Source: Clostridia bacterium (GTDB lineage Bacteria > Bacillota > Clostridia > JAAYHZ01). Taken from it: a stretch of DNA of 64,000 bases. Position numbers and translations under genes: made by a program. The stretch covers positions 32,001 to 96,000 of the forward strand of contig JBMNIH010000001.1 of the NCBI GenBank assembly GCA_050950825.1, given 5' to 3'. The notes beneath the pieces were generated by a model. The model was not told the origin of the DNA and searched no databases. It was given only the letters and a program-made list of their open reading frames with translations. Shown here piece after piece: positions 43,602-53,995 of this stretch; the first letter of the stretch is position 1, and each line of letters opens with the position of its first letter.

Positions 43602-46337
43602 TTACCGTAATTTCTCGTAGTATTCCATCCTCCACTCGGTCCCGCCTGAGAAAAGGAATCCGTCTCCCGCATCGTTCAATGTTCGAATAAAGGTTCCTTT
43701 TTCGTCCTCCGCAACATCAATAACAGGATACCCGGTCTTTTTAGTCCCGTCGGTAATGTATACGGTGTTTCCGATCCAAGAACGCGCATAATCCGAAGGG
43801 ATACGAGTATAAAAGCCGAATGTATTGTAATCCGTAATTACTCCCGTATCTCGGCCTAATTTCCCTTCTACGATATATTCTCCCGTAACAAGCCTTTTTC
43901 CTCCGTAAATAGATTCAAAACTCAGTTTCCCATCCTTTAAGGTCATATAGGCCATAACGCCGTCAAAGGAAACAGACCCGAGATCCGTTTCGAAAGGTTC
44001 GTCCGAAGGTTCAAATTGATAAAGAATCATGTCCTTCGAGCCGTCCTCCAATTCGACGGTTATAAAAAGCCGCTTATTCGACGGGTCCGTCTTGTACGTA
44101 AATCCTTTTACTACGGGTTGTTCTTTCCTTGCTCCCATTACCGTTACAAAGGTATGGGCCGAATTTTTATCGTATCTTCTTAATAAGTAAGGGATTTTCG
44201 CACCCAAATCCGTTTTCCCTCTTTGTCCGAAGCCCGTTGCGATGACGGCTTTTTCTTCGGCGAAAAGAAGGTCCGGCAAGAAAATATCGAAACGGTCCTT
44301 CTCGTCATTGAACCACGTAATGACGGCGCGGTCGGATTCCGGGATCATCTCCTCGGGATCCTCCAAATCGTACGGAAGACCTGCTTTCCTTTTTTCTTTT
44401 TTCAGTCCTTTTATTTCGTAATTAAAATGAATTCCGTGAATCAAATAGTCCTTTGTCGTTCCTCCGTCTACCCGGAAAAGATCGAGAATATAGTGTCGAT
44501 CATCGTCATGTTCCACAACCAAGCAAGCTCTTCGGTAGGATGTGACTTGCGGATACACATCGGAAGACAAATCCACAAGCTTTATGCCGTCTTTTACGAC
44601 AAAGTGGTGCAGAAAACCGTTTCGGCCTTTTGATTTTTGCTCTTCTTCATCCACAATCACCAGTTGGTGAGCAGCGGTGCGCACGGTCATAAACTTATGA
44701 GGCTGATCCCATAAATAGCCTAAATCCGATAACCATTCGGTGTTGTCGTAATAATAGAATAAATTCAAGCTGTCATAATGATGGTGGATCCCCCATTCGC
44801 TTGCGTTTAAAACGAGGGTTCCTTTTTCATTGTTTTTACCGATACGAAGATATCCTTGTCGAAGGTCCGGGAAAAATAGGTCCCGGAAAACCAACGAGGG
44901 ATTCAAAGGTTCTTTATTGTCAAAAGGCAGACATTGAATGCCGGTCTTCTTTACATGTTCCTTCTTTTTTTCATTTTCCTTCACTTTAAGATAAAGCGCC
45001 CAATACTCCGGACGTCGGAACCGGTAGGCCAATATTCGACTGTAGGTAAGATTCAAGGAAGTATCCGGATAAGAATCGGCGCTCGCCGGATACAAAAGGT
45101 TTTGCAATAATGTGTCATACATTCCCTTCCATATGGCATGATATTTGGGACGGTCATAGACGGATATCGGCTTTTTCAATATCGGAAGATCTTTGCAGCC
45201 CTCCAGCATTTCGGATAAAATCCATAAAGTATGCATCACCATCAGGCTGTATGCAGGCGATTCCGATGTGCTTCCGTCCTTCAAATACCAGTTATCTATA
45301 ATTCGATTGAAGCATTCAACCCCCATATCGACAAAATCGTCGACCCCTGTCACCAAGCCGGCAGAAAGAATTCCGATCTTATTCCCGGTATTTTTGTTGT
45401 TTAAGCTGTCATCGTTGTATGTCAAGGTTGCGGATTCGATTAACAGGTTAAGCTCGATATGCTCCTTTTCTTCCTCCGTCAATACCGGAATTCCGTTGTG
45501 CAGCACGATGTCGGCAACAAGGTCGTAAGCCAAGGCTGCCGGGAGCGTGATTGCGGACCCTTCCATTCCTGTTATCGACCCGCGGCCTAGACCCCAATAT
45601 CCCACATGGATTTCCTTTTTAGGCATGTTAGGAGCCATACAGGTTCTTTCCTTCGGCAGATTTTTCGGGTTTTCCGCCGCGATTTTCGGATCCATATCCG
45701 CAATATCGCCGTACATGCCGTGAACAAGCCAGTAAGGATACACATCGGCAAAGCGAAGCAAAATATCCGCCGCTTTCAATGCATACCGAATATCGTCGGT
45801 AAGGTAGTACAGCAACGCCAGGCCATATGCCCCTCTTATCATATATTCGGATTTTCTCGCCCGAATCATCCCGGTAAAGCTCGGATAAAGATGATATCCG
45901 TTGTATTCCATAGACTTTCCGGTATAGAAGGAAAAGTTTTGGGGTTTTCCCCAATAGGTCTGAAGCACACTGTCCTCTTTGTACCGATCGTTCGGAAAAA
46001 CGGTACCCGTAACCTCGTCGGTGATGACATCCGGATTCTTCGGATCCCATATCCACATGCCGTGAGGTACTCCGACATCATGCTCCGGAGGCAAATTAAA
46101 AAGACAAGGTCCGGGAGTCGTATCCGGGATCATATTGCAAAGAGCATCCCGATTCATGTCAAGCAAATGCCCGTATTCTTCTTCCAAGTCGGCTCGAAGA
46201 CTTAACAATTCCTCATCTTTTCGGAGGATTTGTTTGCGAACACGTTCCAAATCGTCCTTCTTATGCAAAGCACAAGGTCTTTTTATCGAACGTCTGTTCT
46301 TTTTCCACTTATCAACGATGGCGTTATAGTCAATCAT
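43602..46337 (-). CDS. Cytoplasmic heparinase II/III-like protein
   Basis: YYLTDDIRYA..A..ILL, DGSTSESPAY, HHHYDSL, DLGY, AHQLVIVD; no signal peptide. Confidence 0.78.
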   Translation of the reverse strand: MIDYNAIVDKWKKNRRSIKRPCALHKKDDLERVRKQILRKDEELLSLRADLEEEYGHLLDMNRDALCNMIPDTTPGPCLFNLPPEHDVGVPHGMWIWDPKNPDVITDEVTGTVFPNDRYKEDSVLQTYWGKPQNFSFYTGKSMEYNGYHLYPSFTGMIRARKSEYMIRGAYGLALLYYLTDDIRYALKAADILLRFADVYPYWLVHGMYGDIADMDPKIAAENPKNLPKERTCMAPNMPKKEIHVGYWGLGRGSITGMEGSAITLPAALAYDLVADIVLHNGIPVLTEEEKEHIELNLLIESATLTYNDDSLNNKNTGNKIGILSAGLVTGVDDFVDMGVECFNRIIDNWYLKDGSTSESPAYSLMVMHTLWILSEMLEGCKDLPILKKPISVYDRPKYHAIWKGMYDTLLQNLLYPASADSYPDTSLNLTYSRILAYRFRRPEYWALYLKVKENEKKKEHVKKTGIQCLPFDNKEPLNPSLVFRDLFFPDLRQGYLRIGKNNEKGTLVLNASEWGIHHHYDSLNLFYYYDNTEWLSDLGYLWDQPHKFMTVRTAAHQLVIVDEEEQKSKGRNGFLHHFVVKDGIKLVDLSSDVYPQVTSYRRACLVVEHDDDRHYILDLFRVDGGTTKDYLIHGIHFNYEIKGLKKEKRKAGLPYDLEDPEEMIPESDRAVITWFNDEKDRFDIFLPDLLFAEEKAVIATGFGQRGKTDLGAKIPYLLRRYDKNSAHTFVTVMGARKEQPVVKGFTYKTDPSNKRLFITVELEDGSKDMILYQFEPSDEPFETDLGSVSFDGVMAYMTLKDGKLSFESIYGGKRLVTGEYIVEGKLGRDTGVITDYNTFGFYTRIPSDYARSWIGNTVYITDGTKKTGYPVIDVAEDEKGTFIRTLNDAGDGFLFSGGTEWRMEYYEKLR

Positions 46338-46358
46338 TCTTCGTTCTCCTTCGAAGAG

Positions 46359-47018
46359 CTATTCCAAAATAAAATCACCGAAGCATTCCGGACGATGGAA
46401 ATCCGGTTTTTCGCTTGTTACCCTGTTCCAGCAACCGTAGTGGGGATACTCGGTGTCGTCACCGCATTTATATACGTTCCCCTTGATTATTTTCCCGGAT
46501 CGAATCTCCGTCTTCCCGTAGTATTTTTCCAAAAAGGAAAAGGGTATCTCGTATTGCAATGTCCAGTATTCTCCGTTGTATTGATTGATCCGGTCTTTTT
46601 TTACGGATGTTTTGATATTGAAAATATCGGGAGAAAGCCCTTCGATTTTAAATCGAGAATGTCGATCCTTACCGAATCCTAGCAAAAAGGTTCCGATCGG
46701 ATTCATCTCCATGTTCATATACCGATCATCCGATTCCGGATTCAAAATGAAGAAAAACTCCATACAGCTGTCTCTGCATACCGGATCGTTTATCGATTCG
46801 TAAACCGCCCTTATTTTCTTTTCATAGGATTTTAAAAAGACATGAATGGCTTTGTCGCTGTAGCAAATCTTTGCGATGGTTTCCGGCTTATAACCGTTCT
46901 CATCCCAAGGGAAATTTTGAACACGAAGCGTAGGGATTTGCTCCCACACATCATCCGTAAAAGGTTCCATTATTTTTTTAATAACGTACGTTTCAGACAT
47001 GACTCTTCTCCTTTTCAC
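46359..47018 (-). CDS. Stand-alone CBM9-like/DOMON-like protein
   Basis: DSCMEFF, EMNPIG, NVYKCGD, PDFHRPECFG. Confidence 0.85.
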   Translation of the reverse strand: MKRRRVMSETYVIKKIMEPFTDDVWEQIPTLRVQNFPWDENGYKPETIAKICYSDKAIHVFLKSYEKKIRAVYESINDPVCRDSCMEFFFILNPESDDRYMNMEMNPIGTFLLGFGKDRHSRFKIEGLSPDIFNIKTSVKKDRINQYNGEYWTLQYEIPFSFLEKYYGKTEIRSGKIIKGNVYKCGDDTEYPHYGCWNRVTSEKPDFHRPECFGDFILE

Positions 47019-47183
47019 ACCGGTGAAGCTTTTTACCTGCTGTTATTGTCGATTATAGCAAAAAGCCCGCCATTATCAAACAACTATTTTTCCATATCTT
47101 GTTCTTTCAAGTTTCTTTATTGGATTGATCCTTGCAATCTGTTAGAATGTTGAAAGAGAGTATATTGCAGCGGGAGGAATATC

Positions 47184-48077
47184 ATGGCGATCGTAGAAAT
47201 CGGCGGCTTAATCAAAAAGTTCGGAAATTTTACGGCTTTGAACGGGGTTGACCTTTGCGTTAACCAAGGCGAAATCTACGGATTCATCGGTCCTAACGGT
47301 GCCGGAAAAACCACCACCTTACGCATCATGCTGGGAATCTTGAAGGCGACTTCGGGAAGCGTTAAGATTTTCGGGAAAGATGCGTGGAAGGACGCCGTTG
47401 AAATCCACAAAAAGACAGCTTATGTCCCGGGAGAAGTTAATCTATGGCCGAATCTTACCGGCGGCGAAGTCATTGATTTTTTTACAAGGCTTCGGGGATC
47501 CCCGAACGAAAAGCGAAAGAACGAGTTAATCGAAAGATTTCAATTGGACCCTTCCAAAAAATGCAGAACCTATTCCAAAGGAAATCGACAAAAGGTAGCG
47601 TTAATAGCGGCTTTTGCATCCGATGCCGAGTTATATGTTCTGGATGAGCCTACATCGGGATTGGATCCGCTCATGGAGAATATGTTTCGTCGTTGCGTAA
47701 GCCGGGCGAAAGAAGAGGGAAAAAGCGTACTGCTGTCCAGCCATATTTTATCCGAAGTCGAAAAATTGTGCGACAAGGTCAGTATTATTCGAAAGGGCAA
47801 AATCATGGAATCCGGCCCTTTGGAAGAATTACGACATTTGACAAGTACCCGGATGACGATTGAAACCAAACGGCCGGTAGAAAATCCGGAATCCGTAAAA
47901 GGTATTCACGATATCGAGATTAAAGGTAATACCCTTTCCTTTCTTGTCGATACGGAAGATCTGGACGGCGTGTTGAAGCAAATCGTACCTTACGGAATTG
48001 CCAAGCTTGAAAGTGCACCGCCTACCTTAGAAGACCTTTTCATGCGGCACTACAAAGAGGACGGTGATCCGTCATGA
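47184..48077 (+). CDS. ABC-2 exporter ATP-binding protein
   Basis: GPNGAGKTT, YSKGNRQK, LDEPTSGLD, SSH. Confidence 0.95.
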   Translation: MAIVEIGGLIKKFGNFTALNGVDLCVNQGEIYGFIGPNGAGKTTTLRIMLGILKATSGSVKIFGKDAWKDAVEIHKKTAYVPGEVNLWPNLTGGEVIDFFTRLRGSPNEKRKNELIERFQLDPSKKCRTYSKGNRQKVALIAAFASDAELYVLDEPTSGLDPLMENMFRRCVSRAKEEGKSVLLSSHILSEVEKLCDKVSIIRKGKIMESGPLEELRHLTSTRMTIETKRPVENPESVKGIHDIEIKGNTLSFLVDTEDLDGVLKQIVPYGIAKLESAPPTLEDLFMRHYKEDGDPS

Positions 48078-49678
48078 TGTCGAATCGGTTCGCCGGCACG
48101 AGTTTTTTAATAGGGTCTTTGCTCCGAAAAAATCGTATCAAAATACCCATATGGATTCTCTCTATCGCTTTTTCCGTGATTTTTTTCGGAAAATTAATAC
48201 CGGATATGTATACCACCGGCGTTGATCGGCAAATCATGGCGGAAACCATGAAAAACCCGGCCGTCACGGTGATGCTGGGTCCCGGCTACGGTCTTGATAA
48301 CTACAACAACGGAGCCATGATGGCTCATTTTATGCTTCTATTTGCAGCCGTTGCCTCCGGTATGATGGGTATTCTATTGACTCTTCCCCATACCAGAGAA
48401 GACGAAGAAGACGGACGTACCGAAATGATTCGCTCCCTTCCCGTCGGATCCTCATCTTCTTTAACGGCGGCAATATCCGTTTCCGCTCTGTCCCAATTGG
48501 TTCTCATGCTTTTTGTCGGATGGGGTCTGTATTTTTTGAAGCTTGAGGGTATGGATTTTTCAGGTTCTATGCTGTACGGAGCCTGTTTGGGAGCCGTCGG
48601 TATATTCTTTTCCGCTCTTACCGGGCTTTTTGCTCAATTGATGTCCAACACAAGAGCAACATCGGGAGCCTCCTTCGTTTTTCTCATAACCGCATATATT
48701 GTCAGGGGAATCGGAGATGTAAGCAGTGAGGCGCTTTCTTTAATCTCTCCCTTAGGCTTGATTTTACGGTCGCAGGTTTATGTCAAAAACCGATGGTACC
48801 CCGTATGGATTACGCTTGCCTTATCCCTTGCTTTATTCGCTGTTTCCTTGTACCTTTGCTCCGTTCGCGATTTGGGTGCCGGCTTTATAGCCACAAAGCC
48901 GGGAAGATCAAAAGCTTCCAAGCTTTTAACGGGTCCTTTTGGACTTTCCTTCAGGCTGCTGCGAACGCCTTTTCTTGCGTGGGCTGTGGGGATGTTTGCT
49001 TTAGGTGCGGCCTACGGGTCGGTATTAGGCGACTTGGAAGGCTTTATCGAAAGCAGCGAGCTTGTTCGACAAATGATTCCCGAGCAGGAAGGCTTGAGTA
49101 TGACCGAAGGCTTTATCGCCTTGATAATCGCCGTTTTAAGCATCCTCGGAGCGGTTCCCGTCTTAATGTTCACTTTGAAACTAAGAAACGAAGAAAAGAA
49201 AAACCGAACCGAAGCTCTTTTGTCCAATGCCGTATCACGAAGAGGCGTTTTAGGTGGATACCTTCTTGTCGCTCTCCTTATGTCCGTTACGGTACAAATC
49301 ATGTCTGCATTAGGTTTATGGTCGGCAGCGGTTGCGGTCATGGAAGAGGCGGTATCTTTAAAAACCTTGATTACGGCGGCGCTCGTTCATGTACCGGCCA
49401 TATGGCTGATGTCGGGACTTTCCCTTTTACTCGTCGGGTTTTTCCCGAACCGAACCGGGTTTATATGGCTGTACTTGACTTATGCCTTTTTCGTCATTTA
49501 TATGGGAGATATGCTGAAGCTTCCGGAATGGACATACCGCTTATCTCCTTTCGGATATGTTCCCATGATACCCGCAGACGAGATCAATTTCGTGACCCTT
49601 CTTCTGTTAACGTTTATTGCCGCTTTATTCATGTTCCTCGGTTTCATCGGGTATGAAAGACGGGATTTGGAAGGTTGA
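48074..49678 (+). CDS. ABC-2 exporter permease (tetronasin-resistance TnrB-like)
   Basis: Duplicated multi-TM halves with TREDEEDGRTE / EEKKNRTE and RDLG / RRDL. Confidence 0.85.
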   Translation: MMSNRFAGTSFLIGSLLRKNRIKIPIWILSIAFSVIFFGKLIPDMYTTGVDRQIMAETMKNPAVTVMLGPGYGLDNYNNGAMMAHFMLLFAAVASGMMGILLTLPHTREDEEDGRTEMIRSLPVGSSSSLTAAISVSALSQLVLMLFVGWGLYFLKLEGMDFSGSMLYGACLGAVGIFFSALTGLFAQLMSNTRATSGASFVFLITAYIVRGIGDVSSEALSLISPLGLILRSQVYVKNRWYPVWITLALSLALFAVSLYLCSVRDLGAGFIATKPGRSKASKLLTGPFGLSFRLLRTPFLAWAVGMFALGAAYGSVLGDLEGFIESSELVRQMIPEQEGLSMTEGFIALIIAVLSILGAVPVLMFTLKLRNEEKKNRTEALLSNAVSRRGVLGGYLLVALLMSVTVQIMSALGLWSAAVAVMEEAVSLKTLITAALVHVPAIWLMSGLSLLLVGFFPNRTGFIWLYLTYAFFVIYMGDMLKLPEWTYRLSPFGYVPMIPADEINFVTLLLLTFIAALFMFLGFIGYERRDLEG

Positions 49679-49681
49679 GGA

Positions 49682-49715
49682 TAAAAAAACAGGAGATTTC
49701 ACTCCTGTTTTTTTA
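49682..49715. terminator. Bidirectional terminator
   Basis: AAAAAAACAGGAG...CTCCTGTTTTTTT. Confidence 0.88.
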
Positions 49716-49727
49716 TCCTGTGAACTT

Positions 49728-51683
49728 TTAGATCTTCAACGCGACTTTACGTCCGTCCGCCACGGCTTCGAATATCTTTCCCGCCTTCTTGGCATCGCCG
49801 ATTACTTCATGAGGTATACCCATTTTCTCCAGTTCTTTGGCCAATTCGTTGGAGGAAGCGGTACCGATAGCGGAAATAACGGTATCGACACCGTCTAAGG
49901 TCAATTCTCCGTTCGGGCAATTGCAAAGGATGCGGTCTTCCGTTACATCCTTGACTTCGATACCGGTCAGAATTTCTACACCTTTATCCTTCAAGCGAGA
50001 AACCAAATAATCTCTTACCGGCGTAAAATCGTCGGTCATGATATTGTCCTTCATTTCCACAACGGTGATCTTTCTTCCGCCTAATGTACGGAAATCGTGT
50101 GCATCCGCTAAGAAATCCGCCGTTTCGCAGCCTACGGAACCGCCGCCGATAATGACGATGTTGTTTCCGACGGGTTTTTCGCTTTTTAAAGCTTCCCATG
50201 CCGTCATTACGTTTTTATGGCTGCAGCACTTAAGCCAACCGGGCAAAATGGGCTTTCCGCCTGTAGCTACGACTACGAAATCGGGCTTCATTTCCTTGAT
50301 TTCATCGGCCGTAATCCGATGTCCGGTTACCACCTTCGCATCGGTCTTTTTCAATTCGTTAATGAAATATTTCAACCCTGCCGCAAGTTCTTGTTTCACA
50401 GGCGGATAGCTTGCCAAGATAAATTGACCTCCCAATTTCTTGTCCGCTTCTACCAATGTGACGTCGTGTCCACGTTGAGCCAGCACGCGGGCGGCTTCCA
50501 ATCCTGCCGGTCCTCCCCCCACAACCAATACTTTCTTCTTGGTTTCTGCAGGACGAATATCGTCCAAGGCCACTTGCCCTACTGCGGGATTCATAGCACA
50601 GCGAATGGAGTTACCTACTAAGGACTGTGCAAAGCAGGTTAAACAACCGATACACGGACGAATATCGTCGTCTCGGCCTTCTTTTGCTTTATTGGGCAAT
50701 TCCGGGTCGCACATCATGGCACGTCCCATGTATACGAAGTCCACCATTCCCGTTTCGATCAGCATGTCGGCAATCCAAGGCTCTTTAATGCGTCCCGGAC
50801 AGCCTACGGGTATGGAAACGGCCTTTTTAATGGCTTCCACGTAAGGAGCGTTAAGGGCCGTCGGTGTCCCTGTAGGAGGAAGCAGCGTGCCCGAATTAAA
50901 CAAGGATCCGTTGGAGAAATCAAGATAATCTACGCCTGCCTTTTCCAGTAAACGAGCGACATAGATCATATCGATCAAACGGTTGGAGCCGGGCTCCATT
51001 TCATCGGCGGACAGTCTTACGCTGACGGGAAAATCTTCTCCGACAACGTTTCTTACGGCTTCCACAACTTCAAGTAGCAAACGAACGCGGCCGTTAATAT
51101 CTCCGCCGTATTCGTCCGTTCGTTTATTCATGGTAGGCGACAAGAAGTTGCCGAGCAGACCGTGGGTATGAGCGCAGTGGATCTCTACGGAATCGCATCC
51201 TGCGTTCTTCGCTCTTCGAGCGGCATCCGCGTATTTTTGAATGTATTCTTCTATATCGGCTTTGGTCATTTCGATAGGAACATCTCCACGATTCCAAATG
51301 TGCGGTATCGGAGAAGCCGCTAAGGGCATAACACCGCTGAAAGCGGAGGAAGCAAATGCGCCGGCTTGTATCAGCTGGGCGGATACCTTCGCACCGTGGC
51401 GATGCACGGCTTCGGTGATGCGAGCAAGACCCTTCGCCGTTTCGTCATCATAGATTCCGAACATTTTCGGCATGTATCGACGGAGTCCGTCGATATCGCA
51501 GGCTTCAATGGTGATTAATCCCGCACCGCCTTTGGCCATATTTTCGTAATAGCGAACCATTTCATCGGTCACTTCGCTCTTATCCGAAGCTTGGTTGGAA
51601 TGCATAGGAGGAACAAAAATTCGATTGTGAATTTCCAAGTTTCGAAAACGAATCGGTTTAAACAAATTAGGATACTTCGTCAT
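49728..51683 (-). CDS. NADH:flavin oxidoreductase (OYE + 4Fe-4S + FAD; BaiCD/FadH-like)
   Basis: NKRTDEYGG, CIGCLTC...C, VGGGPAG, IGGGSVG; ATG at 51683 after AGGAG. Confidence 0.92.
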   Translation of the reverse strand: MTKYPNLFKPIRFRNLEIHNRIFVPPMHSNQASDKSEVTDEMVRYYENMAKGGAGLITIEACDIDGLRRYMPKMFGIYDDETAKGLARITEAVHRHGAKVSAQLIQAGAFASSAFSGVMPLAASPIPHIWNRGDVPIEMTKADIEEYIQKYADAARRAKNAGCDSVEIHCAHTHGLLGNFLSPTMNKRTDEYGGDINGRVRLLLEVVEAVRNVVGEDFPVSVRLSADEMEPGSNRLIDMIYVARLLEKAGVDYLDFSNGSLFNSGTLLPPTGTPTALNAPYVEAIKKAVSIPVGCPGRIKEPWIADMLIETGMVDFVYMGRAMMCDPELPNKAKEGRDDDIRPCIGCLTCFAQSLVGNSIRCAMNPAVGQVALDDIRPAETKKKVLVVGGGPAGLEAARVLAQRGHDVTLVEADKKLGGQFILASYPPVKQELAAGLKYFINELKKTDAKVVTGHRITADEIKEMKPDFVVVATGGKPILPGWLKCCSHKNVMTAWEALKSEKPVGNNIVIIGGGSVGCETADFLADAHDFRTLGGRKITVVEMKDNIMTDDFTPVRDYLVSRLKDKGVEILTGIEVKDVTEDRILCNCPNGELTLDGVDTVISAIGTASSNELAKELEKMGIPHEVIGDAKKAGKIFEAVADGRKVALKI

Positions 51684-51869
51684 CGTGTCACTCTCCTTCG
51701 TTAATTTATTCAAGATTTAACTTGTATCTCTATTATACCGGTATTCGTTTAAAAAAACTTATACTTTATAAAATAATTGTTATATTATTAACTAACTTTT
51801 TGTCGGAAAAACGGGTGAAAAATTGAAAATAAAAAAAATTCCGGCTTTTTAAATTAAAACCGGAAATAC

Positions 51870-51944
51870 TGGAGCCGCTGGTGGGAATCGAACCCACGGC
51901 CTGCTCATTACGAGTGAGCTGCTCTACCTCTGAGCCACAGCGGC
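51870..51944 (-). tRNA. tRNA-Thr (CGT)
   Basis: GCCGCTGTGGCTCAG...GCTCA-CTCGTAA-TGAGC...CGGCTCCA. Confidence 0.96.
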
Positions 51945-51957
51945 AATCGCATTCTCT

Positions 51958-51986
51958 ATTGTACTTGCATCTTTCCCGATTGTCAA
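51958..51986 (-). promoter_or_regulatory. SigA promoter of tRNA-Thr
   Basis: TTGACA-17 nt-TACAAT. Confidence 0.85.
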
Positions 51987-52030
51987 TACCGTGTTTTCAA
52001 TGTTTTTTAATTTCTCATTGAAAAATTCAA

Positions 52031-52783
52031 TTAAAGCACGGCTGCAGCCGATGTGATTATGGTATATATCCCCGATACGGCCAAGAAAATATACACCGCC
52101 TTATTAAATACATTCACGTTCATTTTATGAAAAACCTTAAGACCGATGATGCTTCCGATGAGAACGCCGATATATCCGACACCGGAAAAAGCGACAGTGG
52201 ACCATACCACGTTCCCGTATAATATATGGAGCATCACGCTGAAGAGGGTGGCAAGCATAAAGTAAAGCTGCAAATTGGCCATGTACCGCTCCTTCGACAG
52301 GTTTCCGGCCATAAAATACAACACGATGGGAGGTCCGGAAATGTTAAACATGCCTCCGAAGACACCGCTTATGAAACCGAATATAAGGCCGTTTTTTACC
52401 GTATATTGAATTTGCACGCGGTTCTTGTAGAAAGCAAAATAGATTGCGAGAACAACAAAAGAAAATCCTAAGAAAATCTTTATGTATTCCCCTTCCGATC
52501 CCATCAAAAATTGCATTCCCAATACTCTTCCCGCCATGCTTGCAACCAAGGGAATCATCACGATTTTCATATCAATATCTTTTCGCAATTTGTACGTGTT
52601 CCGGATATAGCATAAAGTGCCCAATATGGACAAAATGGCTACCGATTGCTTTAGAGGCAGGATCATGACGATAAACGGCAACGCAATGATGGCAAAGCCG
52701 AAGCCGATGGAAGATTGAACAAATCCGGCCCCTAAAGCAATAAAAAGAATGGCTAATAGATTCCAAAGCGTAATATGTTCCAA
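52031..52783 (-). CDS. Sulfite exporter TauE/SafE family protein
   Basis: AGFVQSSIGFG, GFISGVFGG..GPP; about 8 TM. Confidence 0.85.
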   Translation of the reverse strand: MEHITLWNLLAILFIALGAGFVQSSIGFGFAIIALPFIVMILPLKQSVAILSILGTLCYIRNTYKLRKDIDMKIVMIPLVASMAGRVLGMQFLMGSEGEYIKIFLGFSFVVLAIYFAFYKNRVQIQYTVKNGLIFGFISGVFGGMFNISGPPIVLYFMAGNLSKERYMANLQLYFMLATLFSVMLHILYGNVVWSTVAFSGVGYIGVLIGSIIGLKVFHKMNVNVFNKAVYIFLAVSGIYTIITSAAAVL

Positions 52784-52808
52784 GTAGAAAACCTCAATTG
52801 TCTATATT

Positions 52809-53954
52809 TCAAAACTCGATCTTTTCAAACATATTCTTTTCCGCCGATTCGTTGGCCTTAATGCACATTAAGCAGCTTAACAGCCCCGCTTCCAAAGGAG
52901 CTACCGATTCCCCTTCTCCGCGCATAATGTCGATAAAGCTGAAGGCCAGAACGCTGTCTCCTCCTCCGTGGGACATGGATTTGGTATTGACATCGTAGGT
53001 TTCAACCCGAGGCGTATCGTGCATAAATATCTTCAGCTGGTCTTTGTACCAATCGAATTCCAACGTCCCTTTGTAGCCTAAGAATCTTGCGCCTCTTGTT
53101 CCCGCCCCTTTTCTTGCAAAAAAGTTTTGGGTGTAGTTTACATGCATTCCGGTGGAATAGCGGATGATGGCACTGCCGGAATCCTCGTTGCCGGTATCAA
53201 CGGCAAAGCTGCACATATCCCCTTGGGGATTGTCGTACTTCACATACTTCATTTGGTAAGGTCCTTCCGGGCACGTGTTCTTTTCCGGGCAGTCTTTGCA
53301 ATACAAACCGGCAGGCTTGTCCCCTTTGAATATTTGTTTGGATTTCATGGCACAGACCATCACCGGGTCGATTTGCAGAATGTTGTTTATGTAATCGAAA
53401 TCATGGGTGGCCTTCTGCAAAAACAGACCTCCGGTTTCGTTTTCGTCACGATACCAATTATGGAAGTAGACTCCGCCGTAAGGCACGTTGTTATATGCTT
53501 GAACATGCTCCACGGTTCCGATTTTACCGGAATCGATAATTTCTTTCGCAAGCTTTGCCAAAGGTGTCACGCGAAGAGGAAAAGAAACGACCACCTTGCT
53601 TTTGGATTCTTCATAAGCTTTCTTCAGCATCAGCAAATCTTCCATGCATGTAGATACCGGTTTTTCAATAAACATGGGCAGGTTTCGCTTTAAGACCTTC
53701 GCCCCATACCGGCTGTGCAGTGAACAGCGGGTACCGATCATGACCCCGTCCAATTCCTCTTGGTCCAGCATTTGGTCGGCATCCAAATACATCCTTATCT
53801 CGTCGTTCCAAATGCCTCTTTTTTGAAGGTTGCCCTTCGCATTTTCGGGATTAATATCCGTAACCGCAACAAGCTTTATATCACCTGCCAGCTCCAATAC
53901 CAGCTTCGCCATACCGGTGATCCGGGTACCGCATCCGATAATTCCTAATTTCAT
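52809..53954 (-). CDS. Gfo/Idh/MocA family oxidoreductase
   Basis: GIIGCG, EKP, KATHDFD, HGGGD; ATG at 53954 after GGAGG. Confidence 0.92.
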   Translation of the reverse strand: MKLGIIGCGTRITGMAKLVLELAGDIKLVAVTDINPENAKGNLQKRGIWNDEIRMYLDADQMLDQEELDGVMIGTRCSLHSRYGAKVLKRNLPMFIEKPVSTCMEDLLMLKKAYEESKSKVVVSFPLRVTPLAKLAKEIIDSGKIGTVEHVQAYNNVPYGGVYFHNWYRDENETGGLFLQKATHDFDYINNILQIDPVMVCAMKSKQIFKGDKPAGLYCKDCPEKNTCPEGPYQMKYVKYDNPQGDMCSFAVDTGNEDSGSAIIRYSTGMHVNYTQNFFARKGAGTRGARFLGYKGTLEFDWYKDQLKIFMHDTPRVETYDVNTKSMSHGGGDSVLAFSFIDIMRGEGESVAPLEAGLLSCLMCIKANESAEKNMFEKIEF

Positions 53955-53995
53955 ACCATACCTCCGATCATTCGCATATTTAATCGATGAAATCT

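Noticed and set aside
48793-49656. 287-aa alternative-frame ORF within the permease
   Set aside because: Arg/Cys-rich composition typical of an off-frame read; no evident RBS or motifs
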